From Girardia tigrina (taxonomy: Eukaryota), in assembly GCA_001938485.1 (NCBI GenBank), contig MQRK01245702.1, positions 1-50,786 on the forward strand: a DNA stretch of 50,786 bases, given 5' to 3'. The notes under the pieces were generated by a model that was given only the letters and a program-made list of their open reading frames with translations, did no database searches and had not been told where the DNA came from. Every line of letters begins with the position of its first letter. The stretch's first letter is position 1. A program made the position numbers and the translations under genes. Below, in pieces: positions 34,996-48,869 of the stretch.

Positions 34996-35144
34996 CTTTG
35001 GTATTAGTTCTTTAGCGAGCTCAAAATCTGGCTCAAGACATGCATCAAGTAATAAAATATGGGGATCAAAAATCGCTCTTCTTTTTTGTTTTTGAAGTTT
35101 AGGAGGTCCATTCAATTTAACTGATAAAATTCCGTCTGTTGGTT
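34996..35144 (-). CDS. ASPP: ASPP exon with the PP1-docking region and start of the first ankyrin repeat
   Basis: (E)PTDGILS...KRRAIFDPHILLLDACLEPDFEL, against ASPP2 RVKFNPLALLLDSSLEGEFDL. The phase-1 acceptor matches the 37201 donor. Confidence 0.85.
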
Positions 35145-35744
35145 CTAAATTTGATAATTTTAATATCATACTTCAGATGATTTAATAAAAAAGTCATTTC
35201 AATTTTATAATAGGTTTTATTAATTTACTAAAAAATAATTATAAATTAAAGTTTTGGTGAAATCAGATTATATTTTTTGATATTGACTATAGAAAAGATA
35301 AGTTTAAATTTTAAAGGATAATAACTGAAAGATTTTAATTGTTTATTTCTATTTATAATGTTATTGGGAATTTTCAGAATAATTTTAATATAAAACAATA
35401 TCAGAACTCGATACTGGCATTTCCAATAATCACCTTTTATTTTCGCCAAAATATGTATGGGAATCTTGTTTCAATATTAAATGTAAGTCAGTTCGATTTT
35501 AATTTCAGATTCTTAAAGATTTTGTATCATTAAATAAAAGTTTTCCAAAAAAATCATAAAAATCCGTAATCACAAAGGCTGACAATGTAGATAATAACTC
35601 CAGGTACTTATACCTATAGAAAAAGTACTTATTTCAATAAACTATTAACAACAATATGATTTTTCGAACATTTATTAATATCGAACTGTCATTACAACAA
35701 TTATTCAAACTACTTTCGCAATTCGACATTTTTTCTTTAATATT

Positions 35745-36212
35745 ATTAAGAACATTTAAACAAGTCTCGTTTGAATTTTTATTGCAATTACATTTAGAGT
35801 CATTAAAACTCTCAGAAGGTCTTTCATCGTTTGCCATCGTTCTAATTGGTTTTCTTATTTCTGTTTTTAATCATGATTATTCGAACAATTTTTCTAAGTT
35901 ATTTTTTATAATATTTAACCTCTAAAAATATTAATTTTTACCATTTCTCCATAAATCCCAAAATAATAAAAATGACATCAAATTATTAAAAATGCATTTA
36001 ATTTAAATTTTACTAAAAATTATAAAACTTAATTTTAATTGTGAAATTAAAGATATGAACTTATAAATGATTATTTTAATTATGTTCGAATATTCAATCC
36101 TTTAAATTTAATAAAAAATATCAATTTCCATCTGGATGGGAGAATCACCATTCTAAATTCAACATACATAAATCAACATACAGCATCCATACATTTACAC
36201 ATTCAAATAATT
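35745..36212 (+). repeat. Segment duplicated at 44536-45345 (direct orientation)
   Basis: Colinear matches such as ctctcagaa.gtctttcatcgtttg and ccatctgg.tgggagaatcaccattctaaattcaacatac. The second copy carries a 319-bp insertion. Confidence 0.85.
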
Positions 36213-36344
36213 TAAAATATTCCTCACAGTACCAATTAAATTAACATATTAAAATTTAAAATTGCATTAAAAATTAAATATTACATTCGAAAATTTAAAT
36301 ATTATATTTGAAAAATATTTTAAATATTTATACTTTGTCTATGT

Positions 36345-36480
36345 GGTCCCTTCCTGTCTATTCTGTGTTTTATCATAGCCATATATCCTATATCACATTC
36401 GCCATAAAAAACTACTTGGTGTTTTTTACGATATCAACAATCCTTGGTTTATCTGCGACTTTCATTATTTCGTTGACTTT
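36345..36480 (-). mobile_element. Small gypsy-like pol remnant (protease-RT linker)
   Basis: DIGYMAMIKHRIDRKG resembles the DIG.T..IKH.I.T.G.P motif that precedes gypsy RT. Confidence 0.3.
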
Positions 36481-37200
36481 CTGGAATTGCTCCTCATATG
36501 TCCATTGCTACTGGATTAGGTTTCTAAATTACGTTATATAGGAAACTCCATATAGTTACAATTTTAAGTGGCTGCCATTTTTAAAAACAAAAATTGTCAT
36601 AAATTCAATTAAAACATTTTATTAACACATAAAAATTAAAAAAAGGTTTTTACAAAACACTTAAAATGAATATTTTAAAAATCCAAAAAGTTAAATGTGT
36701 ATTTAATTAAATCCTACATTAGAGAATTATAAACTCATTTTAAAATATTAATAATTCGATTAAAAATAATTGGGAATAATTCAATTACAAATAAGTTTTA
36801 AAACTTTTAAAAGAAAAAAGATTAACTAAAAAATGAAATTGGAAAAATGAATATCGATTTTAAAAAGGAGAAACAAAAATACCAATGATAAAAAGTTGTT
36901 TAAAAGGATAATTACTAAAGACAATTGAGATGGAAATTTGTTTGAATATATGTGTAATATTATTAATAAATTTCTGATCATGACTTCGAATTTAGAGTTA
37001 AATGTTGAAGACAACATAAACGCAACTAACAACTTTATTTCGACTTGTATACTTGAGCTTATATTTTTAAATTATGAATAATGTTTTTTTTATTTAATGA
37101 ACTTAAAAGATTTTTTAAGCTTATATTTTAAATTTAAAAATATATTTTAATGGAAAATTTTTTAAATAAAAATGAATACTATATTTATAGAAAAAATTAC

Positions 37201-37865
37201 CAATTTTAAGAGCATCTTTGGCTCTTTGCAGGCTTTCTTTGTAGACAAATACTTCTGTATTTGAAGCTATTGATGTGTTTTCTACACGGAATGACTGAGA
37301 ATGGAGATGGTCAGGCAGACTATTTCCTTCATTGGAAAGGGCGAAATCATCATCCATTCTTTCGATTTCATATAAGGGAATGAATTTTTTCTTTAAATTC
37401 TCAATATCTTCATTACTTCCGGAAGACGCGGATCCTGATGTTGTTTGCTCATCATCTAAATCGTATTCTTCATAGTCATCATTATCTTCATCAGATAAAT
37501 GAACCAGATCGGCATTTTTTTCAATGTTTTGATCAAAAACAACCATGCCTTGCATTATTTCAGTCATCTCTTCAACTTTATTTACATGTTTTCCATTTAC
37601 CGAAGTTTTATTTGAATCCTCTACCTTGGATTGAGTAACAATTTCGTTTTTATTAGGAATTCCTAAAGGAATGTCGTCATGAGGAATTGAAGAAATGCTT
37701 ATTTGTTGATCTGTGCCAGATGATGTTGATGAAGATGAAACAGTAGAAGAAAATGAGTCCCTCATTTGTTCCGCTTCGATAGTTGCTTGATTTAAAAATG
37801 TAGCATTTGGACCGAATTTCAAGGCTAAGTTCTCTTTCAGAATTTCGCTAGCTGCCTTTTTATAC
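37201..37865 (-). CDS. ASPP: ASPP central low-complexity (S/D/E-rich) exon
   Basis: Stop-free 665 nt; phase-2 acceptor and phase-1 donor are compatible with the neighbouring exons. Confidence 0.75.
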
Positions 37866-38199
37866 CTATTAAAATAGGTTTAATTTAATTTAAAAAGACT
37901 AGAGGTATTATTTATAACAACTTTTGCTATGATCTCAAGCAAAAGCAGCTCTTGCTAAAAATGGTACATTTAATGATCAAAATTACAAAACTTCATTAAG
38001 TTTTTAAATCAATTTAAACAGAAAAGTCGTCTTTATTTTAAAATAAATATCTATTGTTCCGCAAAATATTGTTTCATCAAGAAAAAACAAATAGCTTTAT
38101 TTCAGAATAGGTATAAGTGACTTATTTATGAATTATACTTATAAACATGTACAAATTCATACAATGTGTGTCTGAATAAACGGAACACATATTTGTATA

Positions 38200-39773
38200 C
38201 AGTAGCGTGCAAAATTCTGTGGACATTAAAAAATCATAATTTTCCCAATTAAGCCATGAATTTATAAGGTGGCAAGCTTAAATTTTGACCAGATATGTAT
38301 TTTTATAAGCTTTTATGCTGAATAAATCGTTTTTAATTATGTTAATATTTTTTATGATGAACATTCAATTCTCAAATTTTAACCCGTGCAAAAATTTGCG
38401 GACAATTCATAAAATTCATTGTTTAAATAAAGTAAATGCTAATTAAATTTAAATATTAATTTAAGTATTAATTTTAAGTACTAATCAAATAAAGTAATAT
38501 TTAGGATGACCAAAGGCCGAGAAATGTCAGAAGATACCAAGAAATTGATTGTTGGTGTTTGTCTTATAGGGAAAAAATCTTACAGACATATTACATAACT
38601 TTATATTGTTAGTAAGTCTGCAGTCGGTAGTCTTGTTAAGGGATACAATCAGCGCCATACCATAGACAAGAAGTCACGCAGTGGAAGGCCGAGAGTAACA
38701 TCACAAAAAGATGATAGAATTCTTACAAGATTATCGAAATCGGACCCCCGAAAGAATGCTGTTGAATGGAATGAAATAATGAGAAAGGACTATAATGTTA
38801 AGTGTAGTGTGTATACTACAAAACGTCGTGTTCGGAAAGTAAGTTTATTTGGTCGTCGACCAGCAAAAAAAACCTTTGATCTCGGTAAAGAATCGAAAGA
38901 CCCAATTTAAATTTGCAAAGGAACATCTTAACTGGATGTCCAAAGAATGGTCAAATGTTCTTTTTTCTGATGAATCGAAGTTCATGGTCTTCGACAGTGA
39001 AAGAATTGAGTAAGTAAGACGACCTGTTGGTAAAAACTTTGATCCAAAATATCAGCTACGTACGGTAAAACGTGGAGGTGGTAATGTGTTGGTTTGGAGT
39101 GCCTTTAGCCGTGAAGGCATAATGGACCTATCTATGTACAAGGATATCATCGGTACTAAAATGTTGCCTTTTGAAAAAGATTTAATGCCCCGAGATTGGG
39201 TATTTCAACAAGATAATGATCAAAAGCACACGTCCAAAACAGTACAGGATTTTTTCAGAACCAATAAAATTCGTGTTTTGAAGTGGCCATCGCAAAGTCC
39301 GGACTTAAATCATATTAAGCATATTTGGGAATACATTGATTGTCATTTAAAAGACAATAAGCCCGAAAATAAGAACGAGCTCTACGAAAGAATTCAAGAT
39401 ATTTGGAGCAGCATTCCTTTGGATGTGATTAACAAATTAGTCGACTCAATGTCTAATTGTTGTAAAGCAGTTTTAGCTTCGAAAGGTCATGCAACAAAAT
39501 ATTAATTAAATTTACAATTTCTATCAATTGTTGTCAAAAATATTTGTTTTTTTAATAAAATTTTGAATTGTCCACAGACTTTTGCACGGGTTATAATTTG
39601 AAAATTAAATGTTCGTCATTAAAAATATTAACAAATTAAAAAGAATTATTTAGCGTCAAAACTTATAAAAATTAAATATCTGGTCAAAATTTAAGCTTGC
39701 CACCTTATAAACTCATGGCTTAATTGGGAAATTGTGATATTTTTTACTGTCCACAGACTTTTGCACAGTACTG
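38200..39773 (+). mobile_element. Full-length defective Tc1 (DD34E) element with long IR/DR TIRs, in an ASPP intron
   Basis: TA TSDs; ~210-bp TIRs with an internal repeat of the gtgcaaaa.t.tg.ggaca motif. ATG at 38506. Motifs RSGRPR, FSDESKF, TVKRGGG, QQDND.KH and WPSQSPDLNHIK (catalytic E to K). Stops and frameshifts. Confidence 0.95.
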
Positions 39774-41051
39774 TAGCTGTAAACGCTTTGTTATGAGTAA
39801 TCGCGTGATTTCTTCTGATACCACTTACAACCGTACATCGCTATACAAAAAGATGTGATGAAATATGAAATACGTAGAATCTACAAGAGGACGTGAAAAA
39901 TAAATGAAATACCAAGTGAGCTAAAGAAAGGATCTAGCGAATCTCTTTAACCAAGGAATAGTCAGATTGAAAATTGATCAAGAAAATTTAAGTTTCCAAG
40001 ACATAAGCATTGTAAATTCAACGTAAAGAGCTCACACCAGCAAACAAAGTACAGAAGAAATAACTATCTGAGGAACTTTTGAAATGCTGGCCAAGAGTGA
40101 CATAGAAAAACGTTGTTCATAGACGCGATGTCTCATCGCTCCGACCATGCTCACCCGATGTTTACATGCGTTTGTAAAATTTATATATTCTAATATCTTA
40201 AGAATTATCGATGTTGTTTTGTATCAGTGTTTGATTCAATAGACAGAATTGGGTAAAGTTGGCCTTAAGCCAGGTTTGACATTGCAAAAAGCGTTTTGCA
40301 ATTTGGTTATGCTTCAAAAAGAATAACTTTTTCAATAATTTTTTTAACAAAACTTAATTTATTTTAAGTTAAAAGCAATAAAGAATATATATTTTTCTCA
40401 AAATTAAAACGAATTAATCCGCTTAAGTTACATTACTTCGTTAGACTTATGTATTGAAAAGTCTTCAAAAAGAAATAACAAATCCATAATTAAATTAGAT
40501 TACAAATCAATAAACTTTAAGAGATGACAGTCCAAAATGAACATTATTTTAACTCATATATACAAATCGTTGCATTTGCACAACACTACTACAGTTAGAA
40601 CTCGTTTTATATTATATAAATAATACCTGAAATAATCTTATCTCAACCATGATACTGTCTGGACTTGCTGAGTGCGTATCAACTGAGTTTTCAATTCTAA
40701 TCTATTTTTAATTGATTAATTATTTTCACTTATTATTCTAAGATTTATTTCTAGACCCACATGAGTTAATTCCAATACTGCGGATATGGAGCAACTTCGA
40801 ATTCCATTCTAATTATATTAGCTACCATATTAACTTGATATTATTTAACCATTTATTAATAACTAGGACATGTATCACTAGTATGGGTACCTCTTATGAT
40901 TTAAACGAGCATGTGTTGTTTATTCTTATATTACTTGAACTAAGTAAAGTATAAAAGAACGAGCAAAATATATTCATATAAATTTAAATATACATGCTAT
41001 AATTATTATAATAATTATGAACATTTTAGGAATAGAAGAAATATATAATAC

Positions 41052-41360
41052 TTTTCTTGATATTCTTTATAATTTTTTTGAAAGTAAATTTCATGAATGG
41101 TGTTTCTTGAAGCAAATCTGGCTGGCATTCTGGAATTTGGTGAATTAATAAAAGACAGTCGACGTTTCACAGGGGGAGAATTAGTGGCTGCTTTTGCAAG
41201 AGTTGATGAAAAATTGATTGGATTAGTATCCGAACTATCTGCAGCAAGAGTGGCTGATTCATCAATGGAAATTTTTTGTTTCTTATGAGGAATTATAATA
41301 CCAATTGGTTTGGCTTTACTGGAATGTTTTGTTTCATTTATAACTGGTGCTTTCGTTTTA
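41052..41360 (-). CDS. ASPP: ASPP central exon
   Basis: Stop-free 309 nt, phase 2/2 (SKTKAPV...RMPARFASRNTIHEIYFQKNYKEYQE). Absent from the ORF track. Splices in frame with both neighbours. Confidence 0.7.
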
Positions 41361-42419
41361 CTAAATTGAAATTCATGTTACATGAAAAATATTTATAAAA
41401 TAAAACGATATTTATAATTCATATTTCAGGAATTTCGAAGGCAACAAAAAAAATAAAACAATAAAAATATTTAATTCTACAAAAGGTGTAAAAAACTCAC
41501 CATAAGGACAAAATTTTTAAGATTGTCGTATTGCTCCTGAATTTTTTATAATATGCGTCAGCCATTTAAATTAGGTTATGTTTAAAGTTTTAGTTCTACA
41601 ACTGTAAGTAATCGGGATTTACACAGCGTGAAAATATCAAGGAAGAAGACAATTATGGAAGTAGATTTAAGCACAGAAGAAAAATGTCCAGAACGAAGAC
41701 AATTAAAAGAAGATTGATCACAGAAAGAAATATTACCAAAAAATATCGAATTTGCAGATATCACACCATAAATCGATTGTTTGCATTAATGAGACATAGG
41801 TGAAGAGACTTGCAATGTCAAAAGAAATCATGAATTTATTTTTATTATCAAAATCTAAGTTTTAAATAAATTCAAAGCTATCCTTGTAATGGATGTAATT
41901 ACATATACATGGAAAAGAGTTCTCATCATTTTTAAATTATAAGACAGAAATTAAACATTCAAAAAATATTTCATAAAGAAATTAAACTAAACATGGCTTC
42001 CTAAAACATTTAACTTTATATTATTTTCCATCGTTCCAATCCTATATATATATATATATAGAATTGTTGTGAATGAAGCCTGAAGATTGTAGAAAATCCA
42101 CTGAAATATATTGCAAAAAAACTACTTTATTGAATGGCGTTATTAGTTAGCATCAAAATAATTTACCATTATTTTTTAAGTTTCTTATTATAATTTTCGT
42201 TATTTATTTATCCCACGTGTTTCTTTACCAATAAATATTTACAAATTGATTTATATAATGCGGGAGATAATTCGACCTGTGAAAATATTTGATTGTGAAA
42301 AAAGTGATAAAAGAAAATGAAGTTTTCAATTGCTTCCGAAAGTGAAAGCAATGTAAATGTTGGATCGAAACAAAAGCCAATGGGACAGAGAGGTTAGAAA
42401 TTGATCATACATCTGAATG

Positions 42420-43560
42420 AGCACCAATTCATAATATTTTTAGGGAGGGGTTACAGACCTGATAGGATTTTCTAAACGAAATATCATGTGATGTCAAAAA
42501 TTGCATTTTATTTTCTCATTTACAACGTACACAAAAGAAAAAGCATCGCAAGTGTCACGAACTAAATGGAATATAACTGTTGCGAAAATTCGATGCTTTA
42601 TTGCCTATCTAGATGCACTTTGTGCATTTGAGAAAAACAATTTCAACAATCTTTATCTATGGAATAAGAAATGGAGTTCAGATTTTCTTTCAAAAACTAT
42701 TAGCAAAGTTTTAGTGAAATTCTACAATTTATCCGATTCGAAAAGAGTAGTCACCGAATGAATTGTTTACGAACTGATAAATTTGGGCTGAATTGCGATT
42801 TATTGTACAAATTTATAGAGAATAGTCAAAATTGTTACAAGTCTGGTGCACATGATATTATTGATAAATAAATTTTCCAAACAAAAGGAGATAGATTTAG
42901 CCAATATTTGCCAAACAAACTAAGTTTGGAATAAAAGTCTGGCTAGCATCTGATGTTAACCAGAGATACATGTATTCGCATACTTGTGAAAGGTAGAAAA
43001 CAGAAAATCTTCAGTTCAAATTGAAGAGTTTGTTTTTATCAAACTAATGAAACCATGTATAGGGTGTGGAAGAACTATAATCATAAAAAATCTTTTACGA
43101 GCATATCATTAACTTGAAAATTACCAGATACAAAACGAATATGGTTAGAACAATCTGTTGAAATAAAAGAGATTAACCAGAACTTCCCAAACAGACAAAA
43201 TATGGTATGTCACGCTTTTTGACAAAACTGTATAAATCTAATCACTGTATGCTTACTGCTTTTAAAAGTATACCCAATAAAGTGTTTCTATTAAGCTAAA
43301 ATGCAAATTTGTAATAATTGAATAAATAAATAAATTTAATCCTAAAATAATCAGATTTTTAAAAGCATTAGATTTGAAGTTGATTCGATGCACCAAATGT
43401 CAAGAATATATTTCGTGAAATCAAAACTTCAAAACATTTTTTATTTAAATTATTCTTTCCAACGATTTTTATGATTCAGAAAAGAAAGACCAAGAAGATA
43501 TAAATTGTTCTCATATTCATAATTTGACTCTTTATTAGACGGATCAATTGACACATTGTT
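42420..43560 (+). mobile_element. Decayed piggyBac (PGBD4-like) transposase
   Basis: LW.KKW, IRF, TDKF, KFIENSQNCYK and F.QYLPNK..FGIK.WLA.DV motifs, with many disruptions. Confidence 0.7.
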
Positions 43561-44789
43561 GAAACAGGAATACACGAATTGTGGGTAAGTTTAATGTTAA
43601 TATAAACATTTCCAATACTTACCTAGTATATTTTGCTTTATATTTACCAACAATTCAAGACATATTAAAATATAATTTTTACTATTTTTTAATAACTAGT
43701 CATTTACAAAAAAAATGAAAATAAGATCTGTAAAAATATGTAGAAATGTTAAAAGTATTTACGACTAAATAGAATCTGTATACTGTAATATTTATGTATA
43801 TCTATTTCACATGATTTATTTATTTGTAATCATCATTCACTGGACAAATTTTATTCAATTACTTAATATATAATGAATGGTTAGATTATAAGATTATAAT
43901 GTCGCATTTCTAAAAAATCGTATTTTGAAATTCAATTTAATTATCAACCCGTTGGTGACTACAGTTTCTTTTAGATCTGTTGTCGATTTCTATTGCTCTT
44001 ATTATAAAAATGATAATTTTGCGACATTATTAATCCGATATTATGTGTAGCCGATATAATAGTTATTTTAAAATATTTATTAGAGGCATATAGGGATTTA
44101 AACCAGAGATTTTATTATTATTTCACAATTAAGTGAGTCATACTTTGGAAAAATAATTACAAGATAGTTTGCAAAAATATAATATAGTATGTCGACAAAT
44201 TTCTCTTCTCCAATTTAGACATTCATATTATTTTCAATAAGTTTGTGTTTATTGTTTTAATACAAATATTTATATATAGAAGAAAATTATTGAGTCAGTG
44301 TATATAGTTTTTGCTTTTGTGGCAATGTAGATTTTTAGAAAAGATATTCCTACCAGGAGTATTGGAAAATGGTACCAGTGTTCTTAGAATTGCCTTTAAT
44401 ATTTAATTGAAATATGATTATATCCTTTTTTTCTATTCATTATTCTCTTTTTTTTGTAAAAAATGACAGTTATTCTTGATTGATGATTGCATTTATTTTA
44501 ATCAAAAAATCTTTGTCAAAAACGAAAATATAAGTTATTAAGAACATTTAGACAAGTCGCGTTTGAACTTTTATTACAATCACATTTAAGATCATTATGA
44601 CTCTCAGAAAGTCTTTCATCGTTTGTCATCATTCTAATTGGTTTTCTTATTTTTCTTTTTAATCATGATTATTCGAACAATTTTTCCAAGTCATTTTTTT
44701 AAATACATTAATTAATATTAATTAAAAATAATAAATTTTACCATTTCTCAATAAATCCCAAAATAATAAAAATGTCATCAAATTATTAA

Positions 44790-45108
44790 TTTAATGTTAA
44801 AAATACCGTTTTAAACTTAGAGATATAACTTCACAACACTTTAAAATTCTGTGCACTCAATTTAAAAATTATTGGGAAAGAGTGACACGTGAAGCGTTAT
44901 ATATAAGATCTTTGGATCCTAAAATTAACGTTCAAACTGCACTCTACAACTTTGTTGAGAGTTTTTAAATGATGTACTGATTACGCATTGATTACATAAT
45001 CATTAACTGCACTATATAAGTAAATTTAGTTTGAAAAATCATTTGTTCTGACGATGACGGTTAAACTGTCGAAATTAATAAATATTTTTAATTGGCTTTC
45101 GAATTTTG
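44790..45108 (+). mobile_element. 5'-truncated Penelope-like insertion (GIY-YIG tail plus 3' UTR)
   Basis: 10-bp TSD aaattattaa at 44780-44789 and 45109-45118; the empty site is in the paralogous copy at 35980-35989. Reads FKILCTQFKNYWERVTREALYIRSLDPKINVQ. Confidence 0.8.
45044..45084 (+). ncRNA. Minimal type I hammerhead ribozyme
   Basis: tgtt-CTGACGA-t-gacgg-ttaaa-ctgtc-GAAA-tta-ATA-aata. Intact CUGANGA/GAAA core, 5-bp stem II, palindromic stem III (AUUAAU), 4-bp stem I. Predicted cleavage after A45080. Confidence 0.65.
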
Positions 45109-47804
45109 AAATTATTAAAAATACATTCAATTTAAATTTTACCAAAAAATATTAAACTTAATTTTAATTTTTAAATTAAAAATATGAACTTATAAAATGA
45201 TTATTTTAATTATTTTCGAATAGTCAATCACTTTAAATTTAAATAAAAAAATACCAATTTCCATCTGGGTGGGAGAATCACCATTCTAAATTCAACATAC
45301 TTAAATCAACATACAGCATCACTACATATACACATTCAAACAATTCAATTCAAACCGTAAAAAGACTACGATTAAGATTGTTCATCTGTGACAATACTGG
45401 TTCATAAAAAGATATTAATGAAAACTGAGTGGATTTAACCATACTATTTAAAGCGAGGTTAATCGGTTAGCAATTAAAAACGTGTTAACACAATTTATAC
45501 ATACTTCAAAGGATTACATCAGTTTTGATAAATATTAATTAATATTAATAAGTAGCAATTAATTTTCACTACTTGTAATTCAAATATAGATAAGAATCTG
45601 AATTTAACAAAAAAAAAGTTTTAAAAAATCAATGATCTCGAAAAAAGAAACATAATAATTCTTGTGCGACAACTGTTAGAAATTGATTCTCAAAGGGTCA
45701 TGATAACTAAATGACGGTTAATTCATAATTTAGTGAAACAGAAAACCTTACTTAAAAATGTAACAATCAGATCCTATGACAAAAAACAATCACCTTTTCG
45801 AACTGATGCGCAATTACTTCTTTAAATAACTTCTTTGTAAAACAAGTTTTTATAAAAAGTGGGAAAATCTCGATTACAATAATTTAATTAAAGAATATTT
45901 GATGTAAAGTTTTATTTCAATGAATTCTTTTAAACTGATGAAATAAATTCATTGAAAATAAAATTATATTTATGGTTTAAAATAAGAATTACTAGAATAA
46001 ATTAACTTTCTCTAATAATAATTATTTTTTATTTGTATATTACTAGTTTAATAAGCATAAATAAAGTACCTTTTTCGAAAAATAATGAAATCAATTATCA
46101 AACATGAATTTTATCATCATAACTGCATGTCCTTTAATAAACATCATTAATCAAGAATTTTCTAAATACTTCGAAAGTTTTTTCTGCAAACTTTTATGAA
46201 AATAACAAGATAAAAAAGCAACAATTGTATCATATTCAGTTGAACTTCCTTATGAGATTTATAAAACCCAATATCAGTTTTCTTTAGATATACTTTCATT
46301 TCATTATTTCCTGTTTATTAAGAAAATATTTAAACAGCAATTTTTCTTTTTATAAATTGCGATGTTCTATTGTTTTTCTGAATTTGCAATTATTTTGATT
46401 TTAGTTATTATTAACAATTATTTTAAAATTTTGAATTTAGTTGTCTCAAGTTAGGAATAAAATATTTAATAAGCATATAAATAGTAAGCGTGATTATATT
46501 TTAAAATAGGTTTTTAGTACTTAAGAGTCTTATAAATTAACAAAAATTGGGAAATTCTAATAGTGTTTCAACCATATTTAGTGTTCCACTTAAAATTTTC
46601 TGTCATGTTAACGTTTTGATACAATTAACTCAATGGCTGTGCAGGAAATCCTTGATCTGTTAGATTTTTTTCCGCAATTTACTGATTGGGATATTTATTA
46701 ACAAATTTCCACTGTATAAACACCTAATTTGCATGCAATATTATTGTCGGGGTTCTTTTTGGTGATCTTTAAATTTTCGATAGTTTTAAAAAATCATATT
46801 TATATTTTAAATAAATCAAAAATAATATTAAAAATTTTATTAATTTGAAAATAATTAATTGTTATAAATAATCTGTAAAATAAATATTTAAAACCAAAAT
46901 TTNNNNNNNNNNNNNNNNNNNNNNNNNNNNNNNNNNNNNNNNNNNNNNNNNNTTAAAAAGTTAATTCCATAAATAATTAATAAAATATAGATATATAAAT
47001 ATTTTAAAATTTTATAATTAAAATCTCTATTAAATGATAATAAATTTAAATAGTAATTAATATTTGTGTATATTAAAAAATCGTGATTTATATTCAAAAA
47101 TAAAATAATATTTGCTGTATTTCAAATTTATGAATTGTATCTTAAAGTTCTAAATTGTTTTTGCAAATTTTTGTTAAAAAGAAATAAAATGTTTTATTAA
47201 AGAGAAATAATTTATAGTTTAAATTATTAATAATCACTATGTTTAAATTGAATTTTCAAAATATTTTTAAANNNNNNNNTTTATAAAAAATTGAATAAAA
47301 TAACATATTTATTTATTTATCGATATTATTATGTATATTTAGAATTTTTAGATCTGGATTATGAAATTGAAATAGTTCCTCATAAATTTGTTTCAATAAT
47401 AAAAATTGTGGTAGAAATAAAAGTTTGCAAATTATGAATTCTGATTTCAATCACGAACCTAATAATTATAACGAAGAATACAAATATCATGAACAATATA
47501 AACTGTAAATTATAATAAACCGAACCATGACTCTAACGGTATCAATTTAATCTAAATGTGTAAAAATCAATAATTTAATCCCATAAGGCGATCAGAATGA
47601 CTGGTTCCCTCTCTTATTGAAATTATTTATAGATTAACGATTGTTTTCATACAACTCATATCTATGTGTTATAATTATAAAACATCGTAAATCATATAAC
47701 ACTAACGCAAATAGCTTTTATCAGTTCAAACTTCAATAAAATCAAAAAAGTGTATTAAGAAAATCACTATTTCAAAACATTTAATGGAGAGAAATAAATT
47801 TTAC

Positions 47805-48056
47805 CTTCTTGGTAAACTATAATAAATCAAATTCGGATCATTGGCTTGATCAATGGATTTACTTCGGTCCCTGGTTAACGAATCATAATTATAATTATTA
47901 TTAGAATTATTTCCAGATTTATTAGGTTTATTGGATGCAGATACAATACGAATGGGAGGTTTTTGGTTTATTGGTTGGTTCAGAGGCTTCAAAGGTGCTG
48001 ACTTTGTAACGATCGGTTCACCTCTAGAGTGACCTTTGACGACAGCAGACATGCTC
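47805..48056 (-). CDS. ASPP: ASPP upstream exon (P/N-rich)
   Basis: Stop-free, with TTAG acceptor and GTAAAA donor, phase 2/2; ends YYSLPRR. Assignment rests on strand and phase compatibility. Confidence 0.6.
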
Positions 48057-48869
48057 CTAAGTTTAATTAACTGATTAAAATATTATATTCTATATGTTTT
48101 AATTTTGTATAAATTATAGAAACTATATGAAAAAAACAAATAAATGATAATTGTAAAATGTGGCTTTATTTGTTGAGTAATTTAAAATAAAAACTTCCCG
48201 GTTATATTAAATAGTACTGAATCTCATCATTTCATTGCACTAAGGATCTCGTATTGTTGAAACACCATGAATTAAATATTTTTAGAATGATGAAAAATAA
48301 CTAAACATATGCATGTATTTTTAAATACAAGAAATAGTTTTATAGAACCTCATATACTGTTTAAAGTTAAGCTTTATCAAACTAGTTAAGCCAATAATCT
48401 ATTTTCAACGTGTATTTCTGGACGCGAAATTGAAATTAACGATGTGATACATCAAACACAGGGTAAATAGACTAATAGATATATGAATACCAGTAGATAA
48501 CAAAGACACTTAAAACAAGTTGAATTTTTCACACGACATAAATGAACATCAACCACATTGCATAAGCACTTTAGCTAGGGGTATGTATACGTAAAGCCTT
48601 ATATTGAATATTAATAATTTATTAATTTTCAAATGTAATACAAAAAGAGAAGATTTCCAAAGATTTAAATTTTACACATTTAATACTGTTTTTTATACCC
48701 TTTTCTCAGCATTACAAATTTACAATTGCGAAAGAGATAGAAAATATGTTTAAATTGGGAATTCCGATACCGGAATCCTGAACTCAAATGTTCGTCCCGA
48801 AATTATTATCTGTTTGTGTCCGATACAAATCTTAAAAAACGTGTTTTAGGTATGTATCTAATAATTTTG

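Noticed and set aside
41097-41288. + strand 63-aa ORF
   Set aside because: Antisense shadow of the ASPP exon 41360-41052.
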